Source: Carpediemonas membranifera BICM (Eukaryota > Protista > Fornicata). Taken from it: 64,000 nucleotides of DNA. Both the position numbers and the translations under genes were made by a program. The notes below the pieces were generated by a model. That model was not told where the DNA came from and did not search any database. It saw only the letters and a list, made by a program, of their open reading frames with translations. The stretch lies in the NCBI GenBank assembly GCA_019828565.1, contig JAHDYR010000035.1:142672-206671 (forward strand). Reading direction: 5' to 3'. Positions 31,601 to 42,609 of the stretch are shown piece after piece (the first letter of the stretch is position 1; every line of letters starts with the position of its first letter).

Positions 31601-31775
31601 ATTAGTTCCAAACCTCAGTTCGGCAAATTCTGACGACTCGCCGACCGCCGACCGCCGACGCCACTCCCCGCGGAGTTACAATGTAGAAGTAGCCGCGAGA
31701 CATCACCGCAGCAGTGATGCTATTGCCTTGTTGCCAATGGAACCCGCAGGATAAGCTTGACAATTCCTCGGTCGA

Positions 31776-34700
31776 GTGCACACCCGAGTGTGCATGCTTA
31801 TTGCGATAGAGAAGACGTTGTTCCATGTATTTGAGCTATTTGATGGCGTTTTTCGCTTCCTGTGGCTGTTCCGTGTTGGATTCATCAACCGACGAGCCAC
31901 CAAGCTCTGGCTCATCCTCTCCGTCCATCTTATCCTCATTCTATTCATCCCGCTGATCACACTAGCAATCTCCTTTCTATCCGGCTTTCTTCTCTGCTCT
32001 GCAACGCGCACGTGTCAGCAGACGAAGCTCAACGACTCCTTCCTCACACTCACACTGGGCACTGTCGCAGCGATCGCGCTTCAGTTCTCCATCTCCCAGG
32101 CCTGTGATAGCACTGGATGGACACTCGGCGTTGAATGGCGTCGAATCGTCACACGTCGTTATCACGAAGGCATGCTACATTCAGCCAACCATTACACCCT
32201 GGCAACTTCATTCTCCGAGTGCGACAACCCTGACCAGCGCGCTACGACTAACACCAGGATGCTGCTCGCCTTCGCCTGTGGCTCGAACGTCCCTCCGGTT
32301 GAGGCGGTCCTATTTGGCAGCCAAGGGATCATCGCCCAGGCTGTCGGCACTCTCCTCCCTCTCATTGTTGCGGTACTGACCTCTCCAACGGCCACTGCTG
32401 CAATGGTCGTCTATTATATCGTCTGTTTTCTTGTTATGCGTGTAATCTCATTTCCACTGAGCGTTCTCGCCCAACGTCAGGAAGAGAAGGAAGGGAACTT
32501 CCGATATCTTCACACCTGCCTTAGAACCCACGCAGAGGCTGTTGCTTTCTACAACGGCGGGTCCAACGAGCAAGCGACGACTGACGCCGCGCTCGACGCT
32601 GTCATCTACAATCAGCGCCGCCTTGTCTGGTGGTCACTTCCCTCTGTCTACTTCAAGCAGATCCAGTACTCATTCAATGTGGTGGCCCCAACATTCGTCG
32701 TGGCGGTCCTTCCCCTTTTGATGGGGTCAGACGCGTGTATAAGTACAAACAAACTCAACACCGAAATCACTAACCTTACCTCGATGATGGCCAGCCTTGC
32801 AGGCATGATTGAGCTGATTCAGCCCATATCTGTATTTGATGGCCTTTTGAAGCGATCTTACGAGCTCGATAAGGCGATACGGAAAGTTGACAAGCTGCGG
32901 TCGAATATTTGCCGTCAACCCAAGTCTGGTAACCACATCAAACTGGAGAGAGTCACGCTGTCTTCGCCTAATGACGCCGATCGCATCATTTTGGATCAGC
33001 TCACTCTCGATTTATTAGAGGGCGAGAGCACTGTCATCATGGGCCCGAGTGGAAGTGGGAAATCATCACTACTTCGCGTCATTGGAGGCCTGTGGGCACC
33101 GCTAGAGGGCGATGTGATGGTCCCTGATGATTTATTCTTCCTTCCGCAGAAGAGTTACATATTTAGTGGATCGCTACGAGATCAGATCATATATCCCGAT
33201 CTAGCAGATACGAAGCGATTGAACCGCGTTGAGATGACATCATACCAGAATTTGGAGAGCCCAGAGTCACTTGGGGGCGATGACCGCATTGAGACATGTC
33301 TGCGGGACTGCGAGCTGGGCTATCTGCTGGACCGCTTCGGGCTTGACACGGAAGCGCCGTGGGGTGACATCCTGTCGGGCGGCGAGCAGCAGCGCTTGGG
33401 CTTCGCGCGCCTCTTCTTCCACAACCCGTGCTGGGCGGTGATGGACGAGGCGACGTCCGCCCTCGACGGCCCCCTCGAGACGCGGCTGCTGACTGAGTGC
33501 ACCCGTCGCGGCATCACCATGGTCAGCGTGGCCCACCGCCAGAGCGTCATCCCCCACCACAAGATGGTCATTGAACTGGACTCTTCGTCCAAATCAATCA
33601 AATCAATCAAATCTGTGGCCGAATACCAGCGGGAAAACCCACCTCCACCGGTGGTAGAGCGGAGACTAACCCAGCATGTCGCACATACTAACGCTATCCC
33701 CCCCAAACCAACACGACGGAGTCGGCTGGCGGCTCTTGAAGCTTTGCCCATGGTTGGCCGTTTGATACACGCATTCATCCCCAGCGTGCTCTCAGCAGAC
33801 ATCATCTTGCTGCTTGTTGGTTCGTTCTGCGTTTTCGCGTCTAATGCGATGCTTGCGGTCGTTCTTGGTGAGATCAGTCCTCAAATTTCGGGAGGTGTCG
33901 CGTGTCCTGCAAAGTCACCCGACTCACTTGTTGACAAATCATCAGTCTATCGGCCTACAATCATCACTGTCGCCATCACCATCGTATTTACCTGTCTCGT
34001 GTGTGTAACACGTATAACATCCACTATTCAGGGTTATCGCACCAGGAAGAGAGTAACTCATGATCTCAGCACGCGTTACTTCAACCTCAAGGGATATTAC
34101 AAGATCCAGAGAGAAGCAAGCATCGATAATATTGACCAAAGATTGACTGCTGACTGCAAGACATTCTCAGACATCCTATGTGGCGAAGTTGTCCCAAACA
34201 ATCCCAGCATCACGCGTATCGTCGTCATTGTCACTGTGAATGTGGTGCTAGCGACCGTTTTCCTCGGCACTCGCTGGTATCTGATCTTCGTGGTCACTTC
34301 GATCTTCCTCCTCGGCCTCGTACTCTCTTCTGGCGCCACTGCTGCCATTGCTCCGCTTACATACCGCCAAGAGCAGCGCGAGGGTACGCTTAGATACGTC
34401 CATACCAGAGTACGTCAGTTTTCAGAGCAAATAGCCTTCCTCAGAGGCGACCAACGCGAGAAAGAGGCCGCCGACAAGGCTCTGGACGCCGTCATTGCCA
34501 ACCAGCGCATGCTCGTGCTCGCAGGGACAGTAGCAGGCCTTTTCCAGCATCTAGGAGTTGAACTCATGTCCCACGGTCTTCTGGTTGTCACCGCAATTGT
34601 CACAAGACTCGGTGGCCAGTCGTATCAATTCGCTACAGCGGTCAACAATGATTTGAATCAGATCGGAGAATCCCTAACATATGTATTTGCCGCATTCTCG

Positions 34701-35438
34701 CAATGTTTCGTCCTACTAGGCACATCCGCAAGATTGGTAGAGACTTTCGCTGCATTGTCGCGTGTCAGCCGCCAAGACCTCGATGAAAAGACGGTTGGAC
34801 CAATAGATGGCGACAAGATCGCAGTGAATAGCCTGGATGTCGTAGCCGACGGCAAGGCGCTGATTTCTGATGTGTCATTCGAGCTTCACCGTGGCGAGTC
34901 GATGGTTATTATGGGCCCGTCAGGATCTGGAAAATCTTCGATCTTGAGATACATAGCTGGACTCTGGGCAGATTCTACTGGCGATAGTGAGATAATCAGA
35001 CCAGTAGACCTCCACTTTATCCCACAGCACATTTATCTGCCCCAAGCCCCACTCCGAGACCAGGTGACATATCCCGACATCGGCCCTGACGATGACCGCA
35101 TTGAGACATGTCTGCGGGACTGCGAGCTGGGCTATCTGCTGGACCGCTTCGGGCTTGACACGGAAGCACCGTGGGGTGACATCCTGTCGGGCGGCGAGCA
35201 GCAGCGCTTGGGCTTCGCGCGCCTCTTCTTCCACAACCCGCGCTGGGCGGTGATGGACGAGGCGACGTCCGCCCTCGACGGCCCCCTCGAGACGCGGCTG
35301 CTGACTGAGTGCACCCGTCGCGGCATCACCATGGTCAGCGTGGCCCACCGCCAGAGCGTCATCCCCCACCACAAGCTGCTGTTGGAGGTGACAGATGCCG
35401 GCTATGATATGTATAGTATTAGTAGTAACAATAGATAG
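31776..35438 (+). CDS. Full-size ABCD-family transporter (TMD-NBD-TMD-NBD)
   Basis: Two DNxDQR and EGxxRYxH (EAA-like) motifs, two GPSGSGKSS, two LSGGEQQRLGFARL and two DEATSALD. The exact start is uncertain. Confidence 0.92.
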   Translation: MHTRVCMLIAIEKTLFHVFELFDGVFRFLWLFRVGFINRRATKLWLILSVHLILILFIPLITLAISFLSGFLLCSATRTCQQTKLNDSFLTLTLGTVAAIALQFSISQACDSTGWTLGVEWRRIVTRRYHEGMLHSANHYTLATSFSECDNPDQRATTNTRMLLAFACGSNVPPVEAVLFGSQGIIAQAVGTLLPLIVAVLTSPTATAAMVVYYIVCFLVMRVISFPLSVLAQRQEEKEGNFRYLHTCLRTHAEAVAFYNGGSNEQATTDAALDAVIYNQRRLVWWSLPSVYFKQIQYSFNVVAPTFVVAVLPLLMGSDACISTNKLNTEITNLTSMMASLAGMIELIQPISVFDGLLKRSYELDKAIRKVDKLRSNICRQPKSGNHIKLERVTLSSPNDADRIILDQLTLDLLEGESTVIMGPSGSGKSSLLRVIGGLWAPLEGDVMVPDDLFFLPQKSYIFSGSLRDQIIYPDLADTKRLNRVEMTSYQNLESPESLGGDDRIETCLRDCELGYLLDRFGLDTEAPWGDILSGGEQQRLGFARLFFHNPCWAVMDEATSALDGPLETRLLTECTRRGITMVSVAHRQSVIPHHKMVIELDSSSKSIKSIKSVAEYQRENPPPPVVERRLTQHVAHTNAIPPKPTRRSRLAALEALPMVGRLIHAFIPSVLSADIILLLVGSFCVFASNAMLAVVLGEISPQISGGVACPAKSPDSLVDKSSVYRPTIITVAITIVFTCLVCVTRITSTIQGYRTRKRVTHDLSTRYFNLKGYYKIQREASIDNIDQRLTADCKTFSDILCGEVVPNNPSITRIVVIVTVNVVLATVFLGTRWYLIFVVTSIFLLGLVLSSGATAAIAPLTYRQEQREGTLRYVHTRVRQFSEQIAFLRGDQREKEAADKALDAVIANQRMLVLAGTVAGLFQHLGVELMSHGLLVVTAIVTRLGGQSYQFATAVNNDLNQIGESLTYVFAAFSQCFVLLGTSARLVETFAALSRVSRQDLDEKTVGPIDGDKIAVNSLDVVADGKALISDVSFELHRGESMVIMGPSGSGKSSILRYIAGLWADSTGDSEIIRPVDLHFIPQHIYLPQAPLRDQVTYPDIGPDDDRIETCLRDCELGYLLDRFGLDTEAPWGDILSGGEQQRLGFARLFFHNPRWAVMDEATSALDGPLETRLLTECTRRGITMVSVAHRQSVIPHHKLLLEVTDAGYDMYSISSNNR
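33278..33563 (+). repeat. 286-bp internal repeat in NBD1
   Basis: Differs from 35090-35375 at only about 2 positions. Confidence 0.95.
35090..35375 (+). repeat. 286-bp internal repeat in NBD2
   Basis: Differs from 33278-33563 at only about 2 positions. Confidence 0.95.
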
Positions 35439-35635
35439 TCGCATAAATGCTAGAATATTGCTGACCGCTGCGGTTGTCACAATTTTATAAGATTGTGACG
35501 CCAAGTCGCCAAGTTCACGATCCATAAAAAAAATTACAGGGGAGGGAGTGCACGTGGTCTGGCCGGCCGGTGATGGTGCTATCGTGTCACACAATATTCG
35601 TGAAGCTCTGACTCGGCGACTGTGAAGCAACGAAC

Positions 35636-37063
35636 TTGTGCCTGAATTGCCTGATGAGATGGCACAAACGCGTCATTGGCGCAGCTATATACCATATATT
35701 TCACCCTAATGCACAGATAGATCATCATGGCTGCACCAAGCTCTACCGTGCGGCGCGATCGGGCAAAACGAAGAAGGTTCGGCGTATTTTGAAAGGGCGA
35801 GGGCGTTCAACCATTGATTATCAACGAAAGGACAAGTCTAAGTTCGTTTCTACCGACAGGCATCAAGGGTGGACCGCCCTGCATATCGCCGCGGAACATG
35901 GCCACACCAATGTTGTGAAACTGTTGCTCGACGACACACATGGATGGAAAGCAGCGAACCCAGACATCAAGGATGGGCACAGCAAGAATCCTCTGCACAT
36001 TGCCATCAGCTCAGGCTTCTACAGCGTCCTCCAGGAGCTCTTGAAGGCGGGCGCCGACCCGCACGCCACGGACAGCTTTGGATCAACAGCATTGCACTGT
36101 CTGGCGTTCTACCGCAAGCTACACAACATGGCGCTAGACTTCGACGATCTTACTCCCTTACTGCCTGATCGAAACACCCCCAACATCATCAAGGAAACCC
36201 CTCTCATTATCGCATCCCAGATGACCGATGAGGCGATCGTGAAGTGGCTGTGTGGCGCTACTGGCGCTGGTCTACCCCCTATAGACGCTAATCTGCCCGA
36301 TTGTCGTGGCAACACCCCCCTTCACTATGCCAACCACGCCAGACTCGCAGAGGTCCTTCTACACGCAGGATGTGACCTTGAGAGCGGCAACAAGAACGGC
36401 AAGACCCCTCTAGCGGAGGCTATGGAGGAGTATGGCATCGACCAGTCATTTGCCGAAGAGCAGGTCGAGTGCTTGTTGATTCATCGATCAAAGCCAGTCG
36501 TTGGGGACGTCGATGTGTGTCTAGACAAGCTGAAGGACCCTAAGCTGCTTGCATTGTACGATAGGGCGCTTGACCACCAGTTGCAGCTGGAAGAGGCCGA
36601 GTTCCAGACTGCTCAGAGCACTGTTGACAGCGATGACGGCTACATGTCCTTCCCCGCCGGCAGTGAAGGAGAGGAGACCGAGGAAGCCGAGCATTGTGAC
36701 CATAGTGATCGACAGCGTCCGAGCAGGTTGGGCCAGCTGGATGAGGCTGAGGGCACCAAGACTGCCGAGTCTGGTGTCAGCGATGACACCCTCGCCACCA
36801 CCGTCTCTCTGTCCGATATAGATTCCCTTGGCGCAGTTACCACTCCTACCGCGTCAGAGGCGACTGAGGACGAGCATATGCTTGGTCGTCGTGGATCGTT
36901 CGACTCGGCTGTCGACTTTGACTTGACTGAGACCGAGTTGGAAGTCGACATCGACGGGGGGAAGGGAGTTCGTGCGCATGTACGGTTCAGGAGCAGCACG
37001 AGCGTCATTTCGACGGTTGAGCTCAGAGCAGGCGATGACGATTGGTTCAACACGACAATCTGA
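35636..37063 (+). CDS. Ankyrin-repeat protein with acidic tail
   Basis: GWTALHIAAEHGHTNVVKLLL, NPLHIA, GSTALH, TPLIIA, GNTPLHYA, GKTPL. Confidence 0.9.
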   Translation: MCLNCLMRWHKRVIGAAIYHIFHPNAQIDHHGCTKLYRAARSGKTKKVRRILKGRGRSTIDYQRKDKSKFVSTDRHQGWTALHIAAEHGHTNVVKLLLDDTHGWKAANPDIKDGHSKNPLHIAISSGFYSVLQELLKAGADPHATDSFGSTALHCLAFYRKLHNMALDFDDLTPLLPDRNTPNIIKETPLIIASQMTDEAIVKWLCGATGAGLPPIDANLPDCRGNTPLHYANHARLAEVLLHAGCDLESGNKNGKTPLAEAMEEYGIDQSFAEEQVECLLIHRSKPVVGDVDVCLDKLKDPKLLALYDRALDHQLQLEEAEFQTAQSTVDSDDGYMSFPAGSEGEETEEAEHCDHSDRQRPSRLGQLDEAEGTKTAESGVSDDTLATTVSLSDIDSLGAVTTPTASEATEDEHMLGRRGSFDSAVDFDLTETELEVDIDGGKGVRAHVRFRSSTSVISTVELRAGDDDWFNTTI

Positions 37064-37282
37064 TCGCCCTGCGAGAGCTCGGATGTACCTATATGATGGC
37101 TGAAGACACTCATCCACATATGGCCTCTTTACCCTGATTTATGGCGATGGTCTCAAATAAACGCATGCTTTTAAGAGACCACTGAACCCGCAGGGTTGGC
37201 GACAGTGGGATGTTGTATCTGTAGCTGTTGTGGTCGCGGCGAGTCGGCAGTCAGAATTTGGGCACCGAACTGAGAAGGCATC

Positions 37283-38845
37283 AGCAGCACTAGTTCCTCG
37301 CCATCTGCCATCAGAGATGCGCTGATCACCGCATTCCGCGCCTCGCTTGTTGCAACGGCCTCCATCTCTGGGGACATCCCATCCTTGATCCAGTGCGCCT
37401 ACTCCAGGCACTTCAAGAAGCCTCCTCGCCACGCTCTCAGAGATCCCCCCTCTCGAACCGTCCGCGCAAGCCCTCCTCGACCGCGCCCGCTCGATCCTCA
37501 CCAGCGGCCCCCCGCTGTCCATGAACGTCGAGCTCGCGGACGGCGAGGAGCTCCCGGTCGCGCTGCACACGCTGAACCAGGGCGCGGTGTGGGCGTGTCT
37601 GGTGGGTGGCGGGGCCAACCCCGACCTCGAGGACAGGGTGCTGCAGGGGGCTCAAGATGAGGAGCCACACACTACCAGGATGCACGACAAGATCCGCAAC
37701 GCTCTCGCCCCCGAGGCCAAGTGCCTCTGGTTCCTCTGCCGCAAGTTCTTCTTCTCGCTGAATGTGGCAGAGAAGGACGGCGAGTGCTATCAGCACGCTT
37801 GGTCCTACATATTTTATCACCACCGCATGTACATGGACCGACTCTTCATGCTCGGCACTGCCAATCACACCGCCTTCACCAGGGCCAGGATGCCCAGGGC
37901 CCTCGAGGTCTACAGCGACGACCTCACCCGCATCGCCAGGACGCCCAAGGGCCTGTGGGGCTGGGGGGATGGCGGTCATGGTCAGCTGGGGTTCGAGTCA
38001 TTTGAGTTCAACGACCCGACCCGCCTTACCTTCCCCAACATCGCCCCAACATCGCCGAGCTCGAGGCCAGCCTGCCCCCTTGGGAGAAGCACAGGATGGT
38101 GACTGATGTGTTGATGAAGGGAGATCAGACGTTCATCCTCTCTTCGGTCGGCACTGTCACGGCCGGTGGACATCCAGAATAGTTCAGAGGCCATGTCCAG
38201 GGATACAACCGACTGCTATTCCACCCAGTCTCTGTGCCCGCTGGATTTGTCCCAGATCACATCATGCAGTGCAACTGGACTGTCATCCTCTCCATGGGCG
38301 ATCGGCAGATGATCAGCGGAGACAACGATTATGGTTAGCTGGGAATTGGGCACGAGAATGAGATGACTGGCTTCGAGGTGCTGCCCTTCAGGGTCGACCG
38401 GATCATTTCTTCTGCACTTGATTTCACCGAGGAATACGGTGGCCGCCAGCTGCTGTTCGCTGGCGAAGTTCCCGATCATATCGCCCAGTCGGGCCTGCTG
38501 CCTGGGTACAGAAAGAACGACAACTGCCTCACACCCACCCCGCTCTGGTTCCCAGAGAGGGTCAAGGGGTTCCTCAGCGCCTTCAATCGGGTAGCCAGGG
38601 TGACTGAGGGCCGCACTCATTTGTGCGACGACGAAAACGACGACCAGATCCGTGTGCCCTTTGAGGCTATGGCATACAATACAACATGGAACAATGACAA
38701 TTATATCCACTCATTCCGCAACTCCACCGGCCAGTGGTTTAAGTTGGCGGGTGTGTCAGATGGGGTGGCTGAGCTGGTTGAGCGCGAGGTACCCAAAAGG
38801 TGGACAGAGATCACCCCGATCGACATCGACCCGTATGGCTTATAG
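37283..38845 (+). pseudogene. Fragmented RCC1-like-motif family member
   Basis: GLWGWGDGGHGQLG is an RCC1-like motif; ORF pieces are 37521..38102 and 38363..38845. Confidence 0.6.
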
Positions 38846-38915
38846 ATGAAAACCAACTGCCCACTCCAAGTCTCTCAACCATGTACCCGCTCGAGCAGGC
38901 CTTCTGGTCGACCAA
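37283..38915. repeat. 1.63-kb inverted duplication, right arm
   Basis: Reverse complement of 29970-31599. Confidence 0.95.
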
Positions 38916-38974
38916 GACTCAGGAAGCAACGGAGGACGAGTGAGCCGCGTGGGCAGTAAATCATCATCCCGCCG

Positions 38975-39317
38975 TGGTGACGATGGCGCATTTCGAGAAG
39001 ACGAGGCAATTCTTCAATCATGCGAAATGCAATGCCATCATCCCCGTTGGCGTCGACCCGACTCCGCAATGACTCCACCGACTCAGTCGACTCTGATCGC
39101 CAACGCCACTGACTTATAAACTGCCCATCCTCGCGCTGAGACCCAGTCCCGCTGTCGGCCGGGGCGACTGAGCCAATGGTTGACGAGTGTCGGGTTTGAG
39201 TAAATCTAACAGATGGGCGACCCGGTCGACCATTGGGAGCCACAGCCACAAGGAAAACACCGCGGCGGGCCGACCAAGCTTGGACACAGAAGTTGCTCAA
39301 TGTCGGCGCGGCACTCA
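38975..39317. repeat. ~343-bp repeat, inverted copy at 60294-60636
   Basis: Essentially identical reverse complement. Confidence 0.92.
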
Positions 39318-39468
39318 GGCGTGGTCTCCTTGAGTCGACAGTAACAATACCCTGATATTACGGCAACCAGGCCCACCATTGCTTGCTAAGACCAGTTCAT
39401 GGGAGTCGATCCACCATTTGCTCCCATGCTTCGTTTTATTCGAACTCTAGCCAAGTAAACTCAGTAGC

Positions 39469-41115
39469 ATGGGAGCTCAAGCCAGCCGCATTGGTGAGGT
39501 CTGGGCTAGCCAACCCACCACTTCGCTCTTGACCCAGCATTTTTGCGCCAGCTCGCTTGCAGTACAAATGTCATTGAGACCCGACGATTGGAACTGTTTG
39601 CAGGAGTTCAACGAGGCGATCAAGGAGGTTCGTGCTCGAATTAAGGCTATGCACCAAGAAACTGTCACCGAGGAAGAGGTTCTCGCCACGCAGACCGAGG
39701 TCGATCAGCTTATCGCGAAGGTGGACCTTAGAGGCCTCCAGGATCACAAAGGGCCTCAATACAGCGACAATAAGAAGATTCATCACACTGCTATGTTGGC
39801 TGCGTCGAAGTATTTGCGAGACAAGTACCAAAACATCGGTGAAATTGTCCCTCTCATTGTAGAGGCCTTTCGGCACGAGTACAATGAATTTATCTCGACC
39901 ACAGACAGTGGGAGGCTCCATGTTTCTCACGATGAAGCCCTGACGATGCTCTGTAACCTGCAAGTGCGCAACGCCGTCGCCCGCGAGAACCTATGCAAGA
40001 TCATGTCCGCATTGACCGACCCAGGCGTCGAACCAGCCCTCCTAACGGCCAGAGACATGGCCAAGGTAATGGGACAGGACATCCCCGGCGATGTCGAAGG
40101 AATGATTATTGCAGCCTTCACTCGTCACTTCAGACGCCCCATCCCAGAAGCTGAAGCACCCGGCTATGCGGCAAAGGAACAGCTCGTGTACGTGCTGCAG
40201 CATCTGCCCCCGATTGAGACTAGATCGCGCGTTCTCATAGACCGGGCAATCAAGACGCTGACCGAGGGCCCGATTCTCTCTATGAACGTCGAGCTCGAAG
40301 AGGGTCAGGACCTCCCGGTCGCCATGCACACCCTTCTCCAGGGCACGCTTTGGGCACTTCTTCTGGCATCCGGCGCCGACCCAGATATCGGTCGGACCGA
40401 AACCATTGCCCAGAAACATCGCATCAACTACTCCCAAAGCGACAAGCTCATTTGGTTCATGTGCAAGAAGTTTTTCTTCACCCGGCAAGTGGCCGAGAAG
40501 GACGGTGTCACAGTTCACTCTGTCACTCAGGCCTCGCCAGGTAAGTTTACGGTATATTCCCACCGGATATACGCCGGTCGATTCTTTTATCTCGCAATAT
40601 TCTGGCGCATGGGCTTCGTCGGTGGTGTGCACAAGTATAGTTGGGGTGTCATGCCGCCTGTGGTGTCTGCTTACGGCCTGGGCACTCAGACAGTGCTCCT
40701 GAACACCACCAAACGCCTGTACGGTATGGATCTTAGTGAGCAGTTCGTATGGAACGACAGGAAGAATCACCGGCCGTCTAATCAAACGATTAACCCTAAC
40801 CGGCTGACGTTTGCCAACTGCCCCGATATTGTCAAGTACACCAAGTCTCTTCCTGCGTGGTCAAAGCATGAGTTGGTCAGCGACGTTCTCTTCACAAACG
40901 GCCTTTGCCTCATACTCACACCAGTTGGCACAGCTGCTGCTGGTACCCGATCAAAAAGCCTAGTGGGACCGCTGGGGACGCGGCTTGACATGCTGCCCCT
41001 CTTCCATATGGTCAGCTTCCCTGATGGATTTACCCCTGACATGGCTCTGGTGGAGGACGATAGCGTCGTGTTTATGCAAGATGACCAGCACCTGATCCTC
41101 GCACTCGGCAATTGA
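39469..41115 (+). CDS. Member of the same expanded family (548 aa, probably C-terminally truncated)
   Basis: Shares SMNVEL..G..LPVAMHTL.QG..WA and WF.C.KFFF...VAEKDG with the duplicated pseudogenes. Confidence 0.7.
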   Translation: MGAQASRIGEVWASQPTTSLLTQHFCASSLAVQMSLRPDDWNCLQEFNEAIKEVRARIKAMHQETVTEEEVLATQTEVDQLIAKVDLRGLQDHKGPQYSDNKKIHHTAMLAASKYLRDKYQNIGEIVPLIVEAFRHEYNEFISTTDSGRLHVSHDEALTMLCNLQVRNAVARENLCKIMSALTDPGVEPALLTARDMAKVMGQDIPGDVEGMIIAAFTRHFRRPIPEAEAPGYAAKEQLVYVLQHLPPIETRSRVLIDRAIKTLTEGPILSMNVELEEGQDLPVAMHTLLQGTLWALLLASGADPDIGRTETIAQKHRINYSQSDKLIWFMCKKFFFTRQVAEKDGVTVHSVTQASPGKFTVYSHRIYAGRFFYLAIFWRMGFVGGVHKYSWGVMPPVVSAYGLGTQTVLLNTTKRLYGMDLSEQFVWNDRKNHRPSNQTINPNRLTFANCPDIVKYTKSLPAWSKHELVSDVLFTNGLCLILTPVGTAAAGTRSKSLVGPLGTRLDMLPLFHMVSFPDGFTPDMALVEDDSVVFMQDDQHLILALGN

Positions 41116-41206
41116 CGCTCGCATAGTTAAAGCGTTAATAGCTTGCCTGCATTTATGTTTGATATGTAACTGACGAGAGAGCACAAGTATCACAACAACA
41201 ACATCC

Positions 41207-42246
41207 TCACTGCGCATTGTACTTCTCGCTATCAAACTCCTTGAGTTTCCGAACGACTCTATCAATGCGCCGCATGTTCCTTCCACTGTCCCGATCCCCA
41301 CCATCTCTCTCAGCAAGAACAGGGCCAACCCTCGCCCGGGCATCATCCCGCTGCCGCTTGTACCGTGCTGCGCTATTCTTGGCTCTACTCAGCTGATCTT
41401 CAAGGTCCGTCACCTGTATTTCGAGGCCGGTCTGCTTCTGACGGATCAGTGAAATCTGATTCTGTGAGTTCGCCAGCATTACCCGCAGACCCTTTGCCTC
41501 CGATACTGCGACGGCCGTCTTCTTCTCCGCCTTGTCTCTGCCTCGTTGGATCGTCCAGAGATCCTCCTGCAGGCCCTCGAGCGTCCTCTTCAGGCTGTGA
41601 CTTGACTCCACAGCATGCTTCTTATCCGAATGCAGGTCATCTATCTCGTTCTGGAGGTTGCCGATGACTTGCCTCAGTTGGAACTCAGTGGCCCGGGCTT
41701 CGTCGGCTTTCTCAAGCTTGCCGTTGGCTGAACGAGCTGACTCCTCGAGGCGCTTCTCGCGGTCAATCAGTTCCTTCACACGACCTTCCAGTGTCTTGTT
41801 CATCTTTTCTGCGTGAACTGCCTCGAGTTCAAACCGGTCACGTTGCTTAACGAGCTCAGCGACCTTGGCATCACGGTCCGACAGAATAATCTTCGTTTGA
41901 AGCAGCTCGTCGCTTGTCGACTTCAGTTTGTCCTGTACTTTGGTCAGCTCGGCTTCTAAGGCCGAGATTTTCGACTTTTGCTGCGCACTCTCTTGTTGGT
42001 GGATGCGAATTTCAGAAGAAACGATCGCTGCATCGTTAATACGTGCCTCAAGCTGTTCAATGCGCTGATCTCTATCATCTGTGTAAACGCCAGACATGAA
42101 TACTAACTGAGAAGGCCGAGATTGTGCTCGAAGTCCTGTTTCAGCCGCTGAAGGCCGCTTCGGAGATGCTCGTTCTCTCGTAGGACAAATGAGGTGGGAT
42201 CCTCGCTTTGGTCGAAGGTAATGTCCCCTATTAGCGCCGTTGCCAT
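41207..42246 (-). CDS. Coiled-coil protein (336 aa; intron 42079-42107)
   Basis: A 29-nt GTTAGT...TACACAG intron joins MATALIGD... to NDRDQRIEQLE; heptad pattern throughout. Confidence 0.8.
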
Positions 42247-42609
42247 GTCTTCCCGCTCGAATTTTTCTAACGCGATATTCTGCGAACGGTAACGATCGAT
42301 CGTCGAATATACGGATGAAGCCACCCAACGCATCGGCGGCACCTTCTTTCTAAACCCCTTGACTGAGTGTGAATGACCAGGCAACGGTCGACTGGCCAGA
42401 CAACGGTATGTCGTTGGACCGTTGAATCGGAAACACCGTTCACGGCACCACGATGGCCCCATAACCATCGGTCGACACTCTTCATCAGCACCACTGCAAG
42501 ACGTTGGCTGGTGATAACCTTGCTTGCCTCGTGAACGATTCACGTCTCAGTTTCGACTGGACACAGCTAGTAAGTCAAATGTTTACTGGAACTCGGATAT
42601 ATACATAAA

